41,648 nucleotides of DNA, from NCBI GenBank assembly GCA_017988165.1, contig JAGNSH010000001.1, positions 1 through 41,648 of the forward strand, given 5' to 3'. The notes under the pieces are model-generated. The model saw only the letters and a program-made list of their open reading frames with translations. It was not told the origin of the DNA and did no database searches. The position numbers and the translations under genes are program-made. This DNA comes from Giesbergeria sp. (GTDB taxonomy: Bacteria; Pseudomonadota; Gammaproteobacteria; Burkholderiales; Burkholderiaceae_C). Below, one piece after another: positions 18,884-28,171 of this stretch. The first letter of the stretch is position 1. Each line of letters opens with the position of its first letter.

Positions 18884-18975
18884 CTTTGCAGTACGGCTAA
18901 AATGCTGGCCTATTTAAAGCACAAGGTCAAAGCGCGGTGGCTGTCCGCGCTTTTTGCTTTCAGACAAGGATTTCC

Positions 18976-20895
18976 ATGATTCACATAACGCTCCCTGACG
19001 GTTCTCAACGCGAATATCCAGGCCCGGTCACAGTGGCCGAAGTGGCTGCGTCGATTGGCGCGGGACTGGCAAAAGCCGCTTTGGCCGGAAAAATTGGCGA
19101 CACCGTGGTGGATACCAGCTTTCAGATCACGCAAGACAGTGCGCTGTCTATCGTCACAGCCAAGGATGCCGACGGCTTGGACGTTATCCGCCACTCCACT
19201 GCCCACTTGTTGGCGTATGCCGTCAAAGAGCTGTTTCCTGATGCGCAAGTGACAATTGGCCCAGTGATTGACAACGGATTTTTCTACGATTTTTCGTACA
19301 AACGCCCGTTTACGCCAGAAGACTTGGTGGCGATTGAAAAACGCATGGCCGAGTTAGCGGCCAAAGATGAGCCCATCGTGCGCCGCGTGCTGCCGCGTGA
19401 TGAGGCAGTGGCTTATTTCAAAGGCTTGGGCGAGCACTACAAGGCCGAAATCATTGCCAGCATTCCCAGCAACGAAGACGTCAGCCTGTACCGTGAAGGC
19501 AATTTTGAAGACCTGTGCCGTGGCCCGCACGTGCCTAGTACGGGCAAACTAAAATTCTTCAAGCTGATGAAGCTGGCCGGCGCTTACTGGCGCGGCGACC
19601 ATCGCAATGAAATGCTGCAGCGCATTTATGGTACGGCCTGGGCGACCAAAGACGAGTTGCAACAGCACCTGACCATGTTGGAAGAAGCCGAGAAGCGCGA
19701 TCACCGCAAACTGGGGCGCGAACTCGATTTGTTCCATATCGACGAGCACTCACCAGGTACGGTGTTTTGGCACCCTAAAGGCTGGACTTTGTGGCAGCAA
19801 GTTGAGCAATATATGCGCCGGGTGTACCAGACTAATGGCTACCAAGAGGTTAAAGGCCCACAGATTTTGGATCGCACACTGTGGGAAAAAACCGGGCATT
19901 GGGACAAATATCGCGACAATATGTTCACGACCGACAGTGAAAAACGTGACTACGCCTTAAAGCCCATGAATTGCCCTGGGCATATTCTGATTTTTAACCA
20001 AGGCATAAAAAGCTACCGTGACTTGCCGCTGCGCTACGGCGAATTTGGCCAATGCCACCGCAACGAGCCCACCGGGGGTCTGCACGGCATCATGCGGGTG
20101 CGCGGTTTTACGCAAGACGACGGCCACATTTTTTGCACCGAAGCGCAAATTCAGCCAGAAGTGCTGGCATTTACCAAGCTGCTGCAAAAGGTTTATGCTG
20201 ATTTTGGCTTTACCGACATCATCTACAAAGTGGCCACCCGCCCCGAAGCGCGCATTGGCACCGACGAGAGCTGGGACGTAGCTGAAAACGCGCTGATTGA
20301 GAGTCTGCAAGCATCTGGCTGCGCCTATGAAATCACCCCCGGTGAAGGCGCTTTTTACGGTCCGAAAATCGAATACACCTTAAAAGACGCTTTGGGCCGC
20401 CAATGGCAGTGCGGTACGATTCAGGTCGATTTTTCGATGCCCGAGCGCTTGGATGCCGAATACGTGGGTGAAGACGGCAATCGCCACCGTCCGGTGATGC
20501 TGCACCGGGCCATTGTCGGCAGCTTAGAGCGCTTTATCGGCATTTTGATCGAGCAACACGCCGGCGCTTTGCCGACTTGGTTGGCACCGGTGCAAGTGGC
20601 TGTGCTCAACATCACCGATGGACAAGCTGATTACTGTCGCGAAATTGCAGCAAAATTAGAAAAAGCCTTGCCGCATCAGCCGCTACGGGCCTTGCTTGAT
20701 CTGCGTAACGAAAAGATTACGTATAAAATACGTGAGCATTCCATGCAAAAGCTGCCATTTATCCTTGTCGCAGGCGACAAGGAGCGTGCAGCTGGTGCTG
20801 TCGCAGTGCGCGCCCGGGGCAACAAAGATCTCGGCGTTATGTCCCTTGATGCATTCATAGAACTCATCAGCCAGGCCATAGCAGCAAAGGCGTAG
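18976..20895 (+). CDS. thrS: Threonine--tRNA ligase
   Basis: [10 protein letters not shown] (TGS domain), [23 protein letters not shown] and [11 protein letters not shown]; AAGGA SD. Confidence 0.98.
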   Translation: MIHITLPDGSQREYPGPVTVAEVAASIGAGLAKAALAGKIGDTVVDTSFQITQDSALSIVTAKDADGLDVIRHSTAHLLAYAVKELFPDAQVTIGPVIDNGFFYDFSYKRPFTPEDLVAIEKRMAELAAKDEPIVRRVLPRDEAVAYFKGLGEHYKAEIIASIPSNEDVSLYREGNFEDLCRGPHVPSTGKLKFFKLMKLAGAYWRGDHRNEMLQRIYGTAWATKDELQQHLTMLEEAEKRDHRKLGRELDLFHIDEHSPGTVFWHPKGWTLWQQVEQYMRRVYQTNGYQEVKGPQILDRTLWEKTGHWDKYRDNMFTTDSEKRDYALKPMNCPGHILIFNQGIKSYRDLPLRYGEFGQCHRNEPTGGLHGIMRVRGFTQDDGHIFCTEAQIQPEVLAFTKLLQKVYADFGFTDIIYKVATRPEARIGTDESWDVAENALIESLQASGCAYEITPGEGAFYGPKIEYTLKDALGRQWQCGTIQVDFSMPERLDAEYVGEDGNRHRPVMLHRAIVGSLERFIGILIEQHAGALPTWLAPVQVAVLNITDGQADYCREIAAKLEKALPHQPLRALLDLRNEKITYKIREHSMQKLPFILVAGDKERAAGAVAVRARGNKDLGVMSLDAFIELISQAIAAKA

Positions 20896-20949
20896 TTTTT
20901 AAAACACGCACCAAAGAAGCTACACGTTTTGTAGCATTTAGAACCAAGG

Positions 20950-21555
20950 GTGATAGCCATAGCTACTGAATTTCGTGATCGTCGCCACCGCGAAGAGCGC
21001 AAACATCGTTTGAACCGTGAAATCATGGCGCCTGAAGTGCGCCTGTCTGGACCTGATAACGAGCCGCTCGGTGTGGTCAGTTTGATGGACGCACTGCGCA
21101 TGGCGGGTGAGTTGGATGTGGACTTGGTAGAAATTGCCGCCACCGCCGTCCCGCCTGTCTGCCGCTTGATGGACTACGGCAAGTTCAAATACCTTGAGCA
21201 AAAGCGTGCTGCAGAAGCTAAGGCCAAGCAGACGGTCATCGAAATCAAGGAAATCAAGTTCCGCCCCGGTACGGACGATGGCGACTACAACATCAAGATG
21301 CGCAATATCCGCCGCTTCTTGGCCGACGGCGACAAGTGCAAAATCACTTTGCGCTTTCGTGGTCGCGAAATTACGCACCAAGAATTGGGTTTGGCCTTGC
21401 TCAATCGCATCCGCGATGATTTAGCTGACACCATTTTGGTCGAGCAGTTTCCGCGCCTTGAAGGCCGCCAAATGATCATGATGATCGCTCCGGCGCGCAA
21501 AAAGCCAGTGGCTGCCAAGCCGGCAGCAGACGCTGCGCCTGCATCTAACGACTAA
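20950..21555 (+). CDS. infC: Translation initiation factor IF-3 (true start possibly ATA at 20959)
   Basis: Motifs [21 protein letters not shown] and FRGRE; lies between thrS and rpmI. Confidence 0.96.
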   Translation: MIAIATEFRDRRHREERKHRLNREIMAPEVRLSGPDNEPLGVVSLMDALRMAGELDVDLVEIAATAVPPVCRLMDYGKFKYLEQKRAAEAKAKQTVIEIKEIKFRPGTDDGDYNIKMRNIRRFLADGDKCKITLRFRGREITHQELGLALLNRIRDDLADTILVEQFPRLEGRQMIMMIAPARKKPVAAKPAADAAPASND

Positions 21556-21729
21556 GTTGGCAAAAATTAAATGGCTTAACGCAGCCCTTATCGGCTGCGT
21601 TATTCATCGGGTGTGCTATGCACATTCAGCGGCTGGCAGCAATGCTGGCCGATAAAAGTGGCTCGGGGCCAACAAGTTTGCAAAACGGTTTGCAAACGCC
21701 TCACGAGCACAACTAAAAGGAGCATTGAC

Positions 21730-21933
21730 ATGCCCAAAATGAAGACCAAGAGCAGCGCCAAGAAGCGCTTCCGCGTTCGTCCGGGTGGTACCGTCAAGCG
21801 CGGTCACGCCTTCAAACGTCACATCTTGACCAAGAAGACCACCAAAAACAAGCGCCAACTGCGCGGTATCACCTCTGTGCATGAGACCAATCTGGGCTCT
21901 ATTGCACAAATGTTGCCCGGTTGTGGCTTGTAA
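21730..21933 (+). CDS. rpmI: 50S ribosomal protein L35
   Basis: [14 protein letters not shown]...HILTKK; AAGGAG SD. Confidence 0.98.
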   Translation: MPKMKTKSSAKKRFRVRPGGTVKRGHAFKRHILTKKTTKNKRQLRGITSVHETNLGSIAQMLPGCGL

Positions 21934-21959
21934 TTCACTGACGAACAAGGAGTAAATAC

Positions 21960-22319
21960 ATGCCTCGCGTCAAACGTGGTGTAACGGCTCACGCCCGCCA
22001 CAAAAAAGTTCTCGCCCTCGCAAAGGGTTTTCGCGGTCGCCGCGGTAACGTCTATCGCATCGCTAAACAAGCGGTGATGAAGGCTGGGCAATACGCCTAC
22101 CGTGACCGTCGTAACCGCAAGCGCGTTTTCCGCCAGTTGTGGATTGCCCGTATCAACGCCGGCGCCCGTGAATTGGGCCTGACCTACAGCCAATTCGCCA
22201 ACGGCCTGAAGAAAGCTTGCATCGAAATCGACCGCAAGATGCTGGCTGACCTGGCAGTGCACGACAAAGCTGCTTTCGGCAGCATCGTGGAACAAGTCAA
22301 GGCCAAGCTGGCCGCTTAA
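21960..22319 (+). CDS. rplT: 50S ribosomal protein L20
   Basis: [16 protein letters not shown]...[10 protein letters not shown]; AAGGAG SD. Confidence 0.99.
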   Translation: MPRVKRGVTAHARHKKVLALAKGFRGRRGNVYRIAKQAVMKAGQYAYRDRRNRKRVFRQLWIARINAGARELGLTYSQFANGLKKACIEIDRKMLADLAVHDKAAFGSIVEQVKAKLAA

Positions 22320-22333
22320 GTTCTCAGCTTGCA

Positions 22334-22381
22334 ACTATCTTTTTGATAGCTGTTAGCGCATACACAGCAAGGGCTAGCGCT
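22334..22381 (-). repeat. Dispersed ~48-bp repeat, diverged copy after rplT
   Basis: Reverse complement reads AGCGCTAGCCCTTGCTGTGTATGCGCTAACAGCTATCAAAAAGATAGT. Confidence 0.75.
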
Positions 22382-22410
22382 TGAAAAGGCACTAGCCCTT
22401 GTTTCTTTTT
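22368..22410 (+). terminator. Rho-independent terminator after rplT, immediately before pheS
   Basis: CAAGGGCTAG-CGCTTGAAAAGGCA-CTAGCCCTTG followed by TTTCTTTTT. Confidence 0.7.
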
Positions 22411-22421
22411 AAGAGCGAAAA

Positions 22422-23474
22422 ATGAACGAGTTGGACTCCTTGGTTGAAAGCGCGCAGCAACTGTTTGCCCACAGCGCCACCCCCGCCGATCTGGAAAATG
22501 CCAAAGCCCAGTTTTTGGGCAAGTCCGGTCGCGTGACCGAACTGATGAAAGGCATGGCGCAGCTTTCCGTCGAGGAAAAAAAATCCCGTGGCGCGGCCAT
22601 CAACGTCACCAAGCAGGCGATTGAAGCGGCACTGACCGCGCGGCGCCAAGCGCTGGCCGATGCCGAACTGCAATTGCAGCTCAAAGCCGAAGCGCTAGAC
22701 GTCAGCCTGCCCGGACGCCAGCGCGGCCAAGGCGGCTTGCATCCGGTGTCGCTGACCTTGGAGCGCATTGAGGGCATTTTTGGCTCGATGGGTTTCGATG
22801 TGGCCGAAGGCCCGGAGATTGAGACCGACTGGTTCAACTTCACCGCGCTCAACACGCCCGAAGACCACCCGGCGCGTTCGATGCACGACACGTTTTATGT
22901 CGAAGGCGGCAGCGACAACGCGCCCAACCTGCTGCGCACGCACACCAGCCCGGTGCAAGTGCGCTACGCGGTGCAGCACGTTAAAAAGCACCGCGCTGCG
23001 ATTGATGCCGGCGCAGGCATGCCCGAAATTCGCGTCATCGTGCCGGGCCGCACTTACCGCGTCGACAGTGATGCCACGCATTCGCCGATGTTCCATCAGT
23101 GCGAAGGCCTGTGGATTGGCGAAAATGTCAGCTTTAAAGACCTGAAGGTGGTTTTTACCGATTTTTGCCGCACCTTTTTTGAGTGCGATGACATGGTGCT
23201 GCGTTTTCGCCCGAGCTTTTTCCCCTTCACCGAGCCAAGTGCCGAGATCGACATCCAGTTCCAAGCTGGCCCTTCGGCCGGTCGCTGGCTGGAAGTGGCC
23301 GGCTCCGGTCAAGTCCACCCCAACGTGATACGTAACATGGGCCTGGACCCCGAAAAGTACATTGGCTTTGCCTTTGGTATGGGCCCAGACCGCCTGACCA
23401 TGCTGCGCTACGGTGTCAGCGATCTGCGTTTGTTTTTTGACGGCGATGTCCGTTTTCTGTCGCAGTTCCAGTAA
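22422..23474 (+). CDS. pheS: Phenylalanine--tRNA ligase alpha subunit
   Basis: Motifs [37 protein letters not shown] and GFAFGMG. Confidence 0.98.
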   Translation: MNELDSLVESAQQLFAHSATPADLENAKAQFLGKSGRVTELMKGMAQLSVEEKKSRGAAINVTKQAIEAALTARRQALADAELQLQLKAEALDVSLPGRQRGQGGLHPVSLTLERIEGIFGSMGFDVAEGPEIETDWFNFTALNTPEDHPARSMHDTFYVEGGSDNAPNLLRTHTSPVQVRYAVQHVKKHRAAIDAGAGMPEIRVIVPGRTYRVDSDATHSPMFHQCEGLWIGENVSFKDLKVVFTDFCRTFFECDDMVLRFRPSFFPFTEPSAEIDIQFQAGPSAGRWLEVAGSGQVHPNVIRNMGLDPEKYIGFAFGMGPDRLTMLRYGVSDLRLFFDGDVRFLSQFQ

Positions 23475-23508
23475 TACCAAGCACTAAGCACTCAATACCA
23501 AGCGCCCA

Positions 23509-23614
23509 GCCATTCAAAAAAGTGAGCTGCTAGCGCTTGATTTTATTGGCTTTCAAGCTGTTTTTATACTGAAACGCCCTGTTGATAAGCGCAAGCAGCT
23601 CTCTTTTTGAGAGC
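23509..23614. repeat. Inverted doublet of the dispersed repeat (REPIN/MITE-like) between pheS and pheT
   Basis: AAAAAGTGAGCTGCTAGCGCTT ... AAGCGCAAGCAGCTCTCTTTTT: 22-bp arms with 2 mismatches, sharing the AAGCGC-N3-AGCT core. Confidence 0.7.
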
Positions 23615-23633
23615 GCACCAAAGAAGTCTGACT

Positions 23634-26102
23634 ATGCAATTTCCTGAATCCTGGTTGCGCGAGTTCTGCAACCCTTCCCTGAGCACTGCCGAGCTGGCAG
23701 AAACCTTGACCATGGGCGGCCTCGAAGTCGAAGAACTGGCGTCGGTAGCGCCGCCCTTTACCCGCATCGTGGTCGGTGAAATCAAAGACGCGCAGCAACA
23801 CCCCAATGCCGACCGCCTGCGCGTGTGCCAAGTCGATGCTGGCCAAGGCGAGCTGCTGACCATCGTCTGCGGCGCGCCCAATGCGCGCGTCGGCATCAAG
23901 GTGCCGTGCGCGTTGGTGGGCGCGGTGCTGCCACCGGGCGAAGATGGCAAGCCGTTTTTAATCAAAGTTGGCAAGCTGCGCGGCGTCGAGAGCCAAGGGA
24001 TGTTGTGCTCGGCGCGCGAACTCAAAATCGCCGACGATGACGGCGGTTTGCTCGAATTGGCTGCTGATGCGCCTGTGGGCCAAGATATTCGCGTCTACCT
24101 GAATTTGGACGACACGCTGCTGACGCTGAAACTCACGCCCAATTTGGCCCACGCCCTGAGCGTCTACGGCGTGGCGCGCGAGCTGTCGGCCCTGACCGGC
24201 GCGCCCTTAAAAGCGCTGGCTTTCGACGCCGTGCCCACCGCACACAGCGACACGCTGGCGGTCAGCATCAGCGCGCCCGATTTGTGCGGCCGCTTTTCGG
24301 GCCGCATCGTGCGCGGCGTTAATCCGCGTGCCGCCACGCCGCAGTGGATGGTCGACCGACTGGCGCGCTGCGGTCAGCGCAGCGTGGCGCCGTTGGTCGA
24401 TATTTCCAACTACGTGATGTTCGAGTTGGGCCGGCCTTCGCATATTTTTGACCTCGACAAAATCCACGGCGGCCTCGATGTGCGCTGGGGTGTGGCCGGC
24501 GAGCAGCTCAAGCTCCTGAACGGCAACACCGTCACGGTCGACGGCCAAGTCGGCGTGATTGCCGATGAGCGCCAAATCGAGTCGCTGGCCGGCATCATGG
24601 GCGGCGATGCCACCGCCGTCACCGACGAGACGCAAAACGTCTACATCGAAGCCGCTTTTTGGTGGCCCAAGGCGATTGCCGGGCGCTCGCGCCGCTACAA
24701 CTTCTCCACCGACGCCGGCCACCGCTTTGAGCGCGGTGTCGATCCGCAGCACACCGTCGAGCACATCGAGCGCATCACCGCCTTGGTGCAAGCCATTTGC
24801 GGCGGCAGCGCTGGCCCCATCAGCGACGTGCAAACCGCTTTGCCGCCGGCCCGCCCGGTGACGCTGCGCGTGGCCCGCGCCGAGCGCGTGATTGGCATGC
24901 CACTCACCCAAGCGCAATGCGCCGACGCGCTGGGCCGCCTCGGTCTGCCGCTGGAACAAGATGAGGCCAACGGCACGCTGACGGTGACGCCGCCGTCCTA
25001 CCGCTTTGACATCGCTATCGAAGAAGATTTGATTGAAGAAGTGGCGCGCATGGTCGGCTACAACCAGCTGCCGACCACGCCGCCGCTGGCACCCATCACG
25101 CCCAAGTTGCGCGCTGAGAACCAGCGCAGCAGCTTTGCCGTGCGCCGCCAGCTGGCCGGTTTGGGCTACCAAGAAACCATCAACTTCAGCTTTGTCGATG
25201 AGCGCTGGGAGCACGGGCTGGCCGGTAACGCGCAGCCGATCAAGCTGCTCAACCCGATTGCCAGCCAAATGGGCGTGATGCGCTCGTCGCTGCTGGGCTC
25301 GTTGCTACAGGTTTTGAAGTTCAACTTAGACCGGCGCGCCGACAGCGTGCGCGTGTTTGAGCTGGGCCGGGCCTTTTTGCGCGATGCGTCCATTCTTAAC
25401 AGCGACACCACCGTCGAAGGCTTTGACCAGCCGATGCGCGTCGCTGGCTTGGCCTGCGGCCCTAACGACCAGCTGCAATGGGGCCGCAAAGAGCAAGGCG
25501 TGGATTTCTTTGACGTCAAGGGCGATGTCGAGGCCCTGCTGGCACCGCTGCAAGCGCAGTTTGAGCCGGCGACGCACCCGGCGATGCACCCCGGCCGCTG
25601 CGCGCGCGTGCTGCTGAACGGGCGCGCCATTGGCTTTATTGGCGAGCTGCACCCGCAGTGGCGCCAGTCGTGGGAGCTGCCGCTGGCGCCGGTGATGTTT
25701 GAGTTGGAACTGGACGCCGTGTTGCAACGCGCAGTGCCCGTCTTCAAAGCGGTGCCCAAGCACCAAAGTGTCGAGCGCGACTTGGCGGTGGTGGTGGCGG
25801 AAAGCGTCACCTACTCGCAGGTTGCCGCCGCTATTGCCGCTGCCGTGCCGGCGGCGCTGTTGCGCAAAACCGTGCTGTTTGACGTCTACCGCGCCAAGCC
25901 CGTGAAAGCTGCTGATGCTGATGCTGTTGCTGCCGCTCCTAGCGCTCCTGCCGGCGGCTTGGCCGTGGGCGAAAAGAGCTTGGCGGTGCGCCTGACACTG
26001 GGGCGCGACGATGCCAGCCTGACCGACGCCGACATTGACGCCGCCATGCAAGCCGTGATGGCCCAAGTGACGGCGCAAACGGGCGCTCGGCTGCGGGTGT
26101 GA
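23634..26102 (+). CDS. pheT: Phenylalanine--tRNA ligase beta subunit
   Basis: Motifs [39 protein letters not shown] and HPGRCA. Confidence 0.98.
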   Translation: MQFPESWLREFCNPSLSTAELAETLTMGGLEVEELASVAPPFTRIVVGEIKDAQQHPNADRLRVCQVDAGQGELLTIVCGAPNARVGIKVPCALVGAVLPPGEDGKPFLIKVGKLRGVESQGMLCSARELKIADDDGGLLELAADAPVGQDIRVYLNLDDTLLTLKLTPNLAHALSVYGVARELSALTGAPLKALAFDAVPTAHSDTLAVSISAPDLCGRFSGRIVRGVNPRAATPQWMVDRLARCGQRSVAPLVDISNYVMFELGRPSHIFDLDKIHGGLDVRWGVAGEQLKLLNGNTVTVDGQVGVIADERQIESLAGIMGGDATAVTDETQNVYIEAAFWWPKAIAGRSRRYNFSTDAGHRFERGVDPQHTVEHIERITALVQAICGGSAGPISDVQTALPPARPVTLRVARAERVIGMPLTQAQCADALGRLGLPLEQDEANGTLTVTPPSYRFDIAIEEDLIEEVARMVGYNQLPTTPPLAPITPKLRAENQRSSFAVRRQLAGLGYQETINFSFVDERWEHGLAGNAQPIKLLNPIASQMGVMRSSLLGSLLQVLKFNLDRRADSVRVFELGRAFLRDASILNSDTTVEGFDQPMRVAGLACGPNDQLQWGRKEQGVDFFDVKGDVEALLAPLQAQFEPATHPAMHPGRCARVLLNGRAIGFIGELHPQWRQSWELPLAPVMFELELDAVLQRAVPVFKAVPKHQSVERDLAVVVAESVTYSQVAAAIAAAVPAALLRKTVLFDVYRAKPVKAADADAVAAAPSAPAGGLAVGEKSLAVRLTLGRDDASLTDADIDAAMQAVMAQVTAQTGARLRV

Positions 26103-26131
26103 GGCGTGTGATGTCCAACGGAGGCCAAGAC

Positions 26132-26467
26132 GTGAAAGACGAGATTGAATTTGCCGTAGAAAGTCTGGAAACTCCAGCCCTGACCAAAGCCCAATTGGCC
26201 GACTTGCTGTTTGAGCACATTGGCTTGAACAAACGCGAATCGAAAGAAATGATCGATGCGTTTTTTGACCTGATGGCGCAAAAACTCATCGAGGGCACAG
26301 ACGTGAAGCTGTCGGGTTTTGGTAATTTTCAGATTCGCACCAAAGCCCCGCGCCCGGGACGCAACCCGCGCACTGGCGAGGCGATTCCGATCAAAGCGCG
26401 CCGGGTGGTGACGTTTCACGCCAGCAGCAAGCTCAAAGAGCAGATACAAAACGCTGCCACTGCGTGA
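26132..26467 (+). CDS. ihfA: Integration host factor alpha subunit
   Basis: LTKAQLA...VKLSGFGNF...[10 protein letters not shown]...RRVVTF. GTG 26132 follows GGAGG; ATG 26111 is an alternative start. Confidence 0.96.
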   Translation: MKDEIEFAVESLETPALTKAQLADLLFEHIGLNKRESKEMIDAFFDLMAQKLIEGTDVKLSGFGNFQIRTKAPRPGRNPRTGEAIPIKARRVVTFHASSKLKEQIQNAATA

Positions 26468-26591
26468 AGCGAGCGCTTAGACCAGCCCCGTTTTTGGCGC
26501 TCTCTTTTCTTGCTGGTAAGGAGAACGCAAAGCGGCGCTGCTATAAGCTGCGCTGTTGTGCTTTTTTGCTTTCAACCTCCAATGCGCCGCC

Positions 26592-27089
26592 ATGGATATG
26601 TCGCTCCCACTGATTCCTGCGAAACGCTATTTCACCATTGGTGAAGTCGCCCAGCTGTGCTGCGTCAAGCCCCATGTGCTGCGCTATTGGGAGCAAGAAT
26701 TTACCCAGCTGCGCCCGATGAAGCGGCGCGGTAATCGGCGCTATTACCAGCACCACGAGGTGCTGATGATTCGCCGCATTCGCGACCTGCTCTATGACGA
26801 AGGCTTCACCATCAGCGGCGCGCGCAACAAGCTGCGCGCTGCCTCGGCTTTGTTGCCCGCGCCAGAGACAGTCGACGATCTGGACAACTCAGAGGACTTA
26901 GATGGGGTAGATAGGCTGGATGGGATAGCGGGATTAGAGGTGCTGGAGCTGGCTGACGACACAGTGCTGCCAGCGTGGCCCGATGGCGTCGCCCCGGCCG
27001 CGCATTTACATGGCGACAGAGGCTGCGATGTGGCGGCATTGCATAAAGAATTGTGTGAAATCCGCGCCCTGCTGGCCGGAGAGGATTGA
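26592..27089 (+). CDS. MerR-family transcriptional regulator (ihfA-linked type)
   Basis: IPAKRYFTIGEV...PHVLRYWEQEF...RRGNRRYY...GFTISGA. Confidence 0.93.
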   Translation: MDMSLPLIPAKRYFTIGEVAQLCCVKPHVLRYWEQEFTQLRPMKRRGNRRYYQHHEVLMIRRIRDLLYDEGFTISGARNKLRAASALLPAPETVDDLDNSEDLDGVDRLDGIAGLEVLELADDTVLPAWPDGVAPAAHLHGDRGCDVAALHKELCEIRALLAGED

Positions 27090-27115
27090 TTTTCAGCCTA
27101 TAATCTGAGGCTTGT

Positions 27116-27192
27116 CGGTGTGTGGCGCAGCCTGGTAGCGCACTTGCATGGGGTGCAAGGGGTCGAAGGTTCGAATCCTTTCACACCGACCA
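27116..27192 (+). tRNA. tRNA-Pro (anticodon GGG)
   Basis: 77-nt cloverleaf: acceptor CGGTGTG/CACACCG, D-loop with TGGTA, anticodon arm CTTGC-ATGGGGT-GCAAG, TTCGAAT T-loop and encoded CCA. TATAAT lies at 27099-27104. Confidence 0.97.
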
Positions 27193-27200
27193 TATGAATC

Positions 27201-27240
27201 AAGGACTTAGAGTAGAAATGCTCTAAGTCCTTTCTTTTTT
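27201..27240 (+). terminator. Rho-independent terminator of tRNA-Pro
   Basis: AAGGACTTAGAGTA-GAAA-TGCTCTAAGTCCTT followed by TCTTTTTT. Confidence 0.9.
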
Positions 27241-27334
27241 GTCTCTCCACAATGGCCCATCGTCCCAACCGTTGCCCCAGCTGCGGGAAAAGCTGGGGTT
27301 GATCTCAGTCGTTGCTGAGCGTTTGACCATGCTC

Positions 27335-27363
27335 TTGAAGCAATATTCCGCAGAGGCTATATT
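27335..27363 (+). promoter_or_regulatory. Sigma70 promoter of the TA operon with overlapping imperfect palindrome
   Basis: TTGAAG-17 nt-TATATT; AATATTCC-GCAGA-GGCTATATT spans the spacer and the -10 box. Confidence 0.65.
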
Positions 27364-27368
27364 TGTTC

Positions 27369-27734
27369 ATGGCTTGGGATGTTGAATACACAGACGAATT
27401 TGGTGGCTGGTGGGCCAGCTTGACGCAAGACGAGCAAGTGTCTTTGGCTGCGTCGGTGCAGTTGCTGCAAGAGCGGGGGCCAGCGTTGGGACACCCGCAC
27501 AGCAGCGGCATTCATGGCTCAAAACACGGCCATATGCGCGAACTTCGTACCCAGTATGGCGGGCGACCCTTTCGCACGCTGTACGCCTTCGATCCGCGCC
27601 GAATGGCGATTCTTTTGATTGGCGGCGACAAGACGGGCGACGACCGCTGGTACGACGTGCGTGTGCCAATGGCCGACCGACTGTATGACCAGCACTTGGT
27701 GCAACTTCGACGTGAAGGAGAGATAGATGGCTAA
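27369..27734 (+). CDS. Type II TA toxin, RelE/ParE superfamily (HigB/Gp49-like)
   Basis: W.VEYTDEF..WW, GPALGHPH, MRELR, RTLYAFDPRR.AILLIGGDK; overlaps the downstream HTH gene. Confidence 0.9.
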   Translation: MAWDVEYTDEFGGWWASLTQDEQVSLAASVQLLQERGPALGHPHSSGIHGSKHGHMRELRTQYGGRPFRTLYAFDPRRMAILLIGGDKTGDDRWYDVRVPMADRLYDQHLVQLRREGEIDG

Positions 27735-28053
27735 GAAATTTACAGAGCTTCGGGCTGGCATGAGCCAAGCTGCCCGCGAGAGGGCAGATGGCATGGCCCG
27801 GCAGATGTTGGCTGAAATGCCGCTCAACGAATTGCGCCAAGCCCGTGGCCTGTCTCAAAAAATGTTGGCTGAAGTGCTGCATGTGCAGCAGCCATCGATT
27901 GCAAAAATCGAAAAGCGAACCGATATGTATCTGTCCACCCTGCGCAGCCACATCGAGGCCATGGGCGGTGAGCTGGAGGTGATTGCGCGGTTCCCGGACG
28001 GGTCGGTCAAGATCAACAACTTTAGTGACTTGGGGGCTGCCGCGCCAGTTTGA
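27727..28053 (+). CDS. XRE-family HTH antitoxin (HigA-like)
   Basis: LNELRQARGLSQKMLAEVLHVQQPSIAKIEKRTDMYLSTLR..IEAMGG; 8-nt overlap with the toxin; GAAGGAG SD. Confidence 0.9.
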   Translation: MAKKFTELRAGMSQAARERADGMARQMLAEMPLNELRQARGLSQKMLAEVLHVQQPSIAKIEKRTDMYLSTLRSHIEAMGGELEVIARFPDGSVKINNFSDLGAAAPV

Positions 28054-28171
28054 CGACAGGGGCGGGCCTGTTCTGATTGAACCGAGATGGCACTGTCGCG
28101 TGCTACAAATACTTTGCCATTGAGCGAGCTGTCACCCGCGCCACCCTCAACACCCTCGACAGAAAGAAGCC

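Noticed and set aside
22320-22421. pheM-type Phe-rich leader peptide
   Set aside because: There is no short ORF with clustered Phe codons in the spacer.
28088-28104. Sigma54-like TGGCAC...TGC upstream of the nuclease gene
   Set aside because: The GG-to-GC spacing is 11 nt rather than the required 10.
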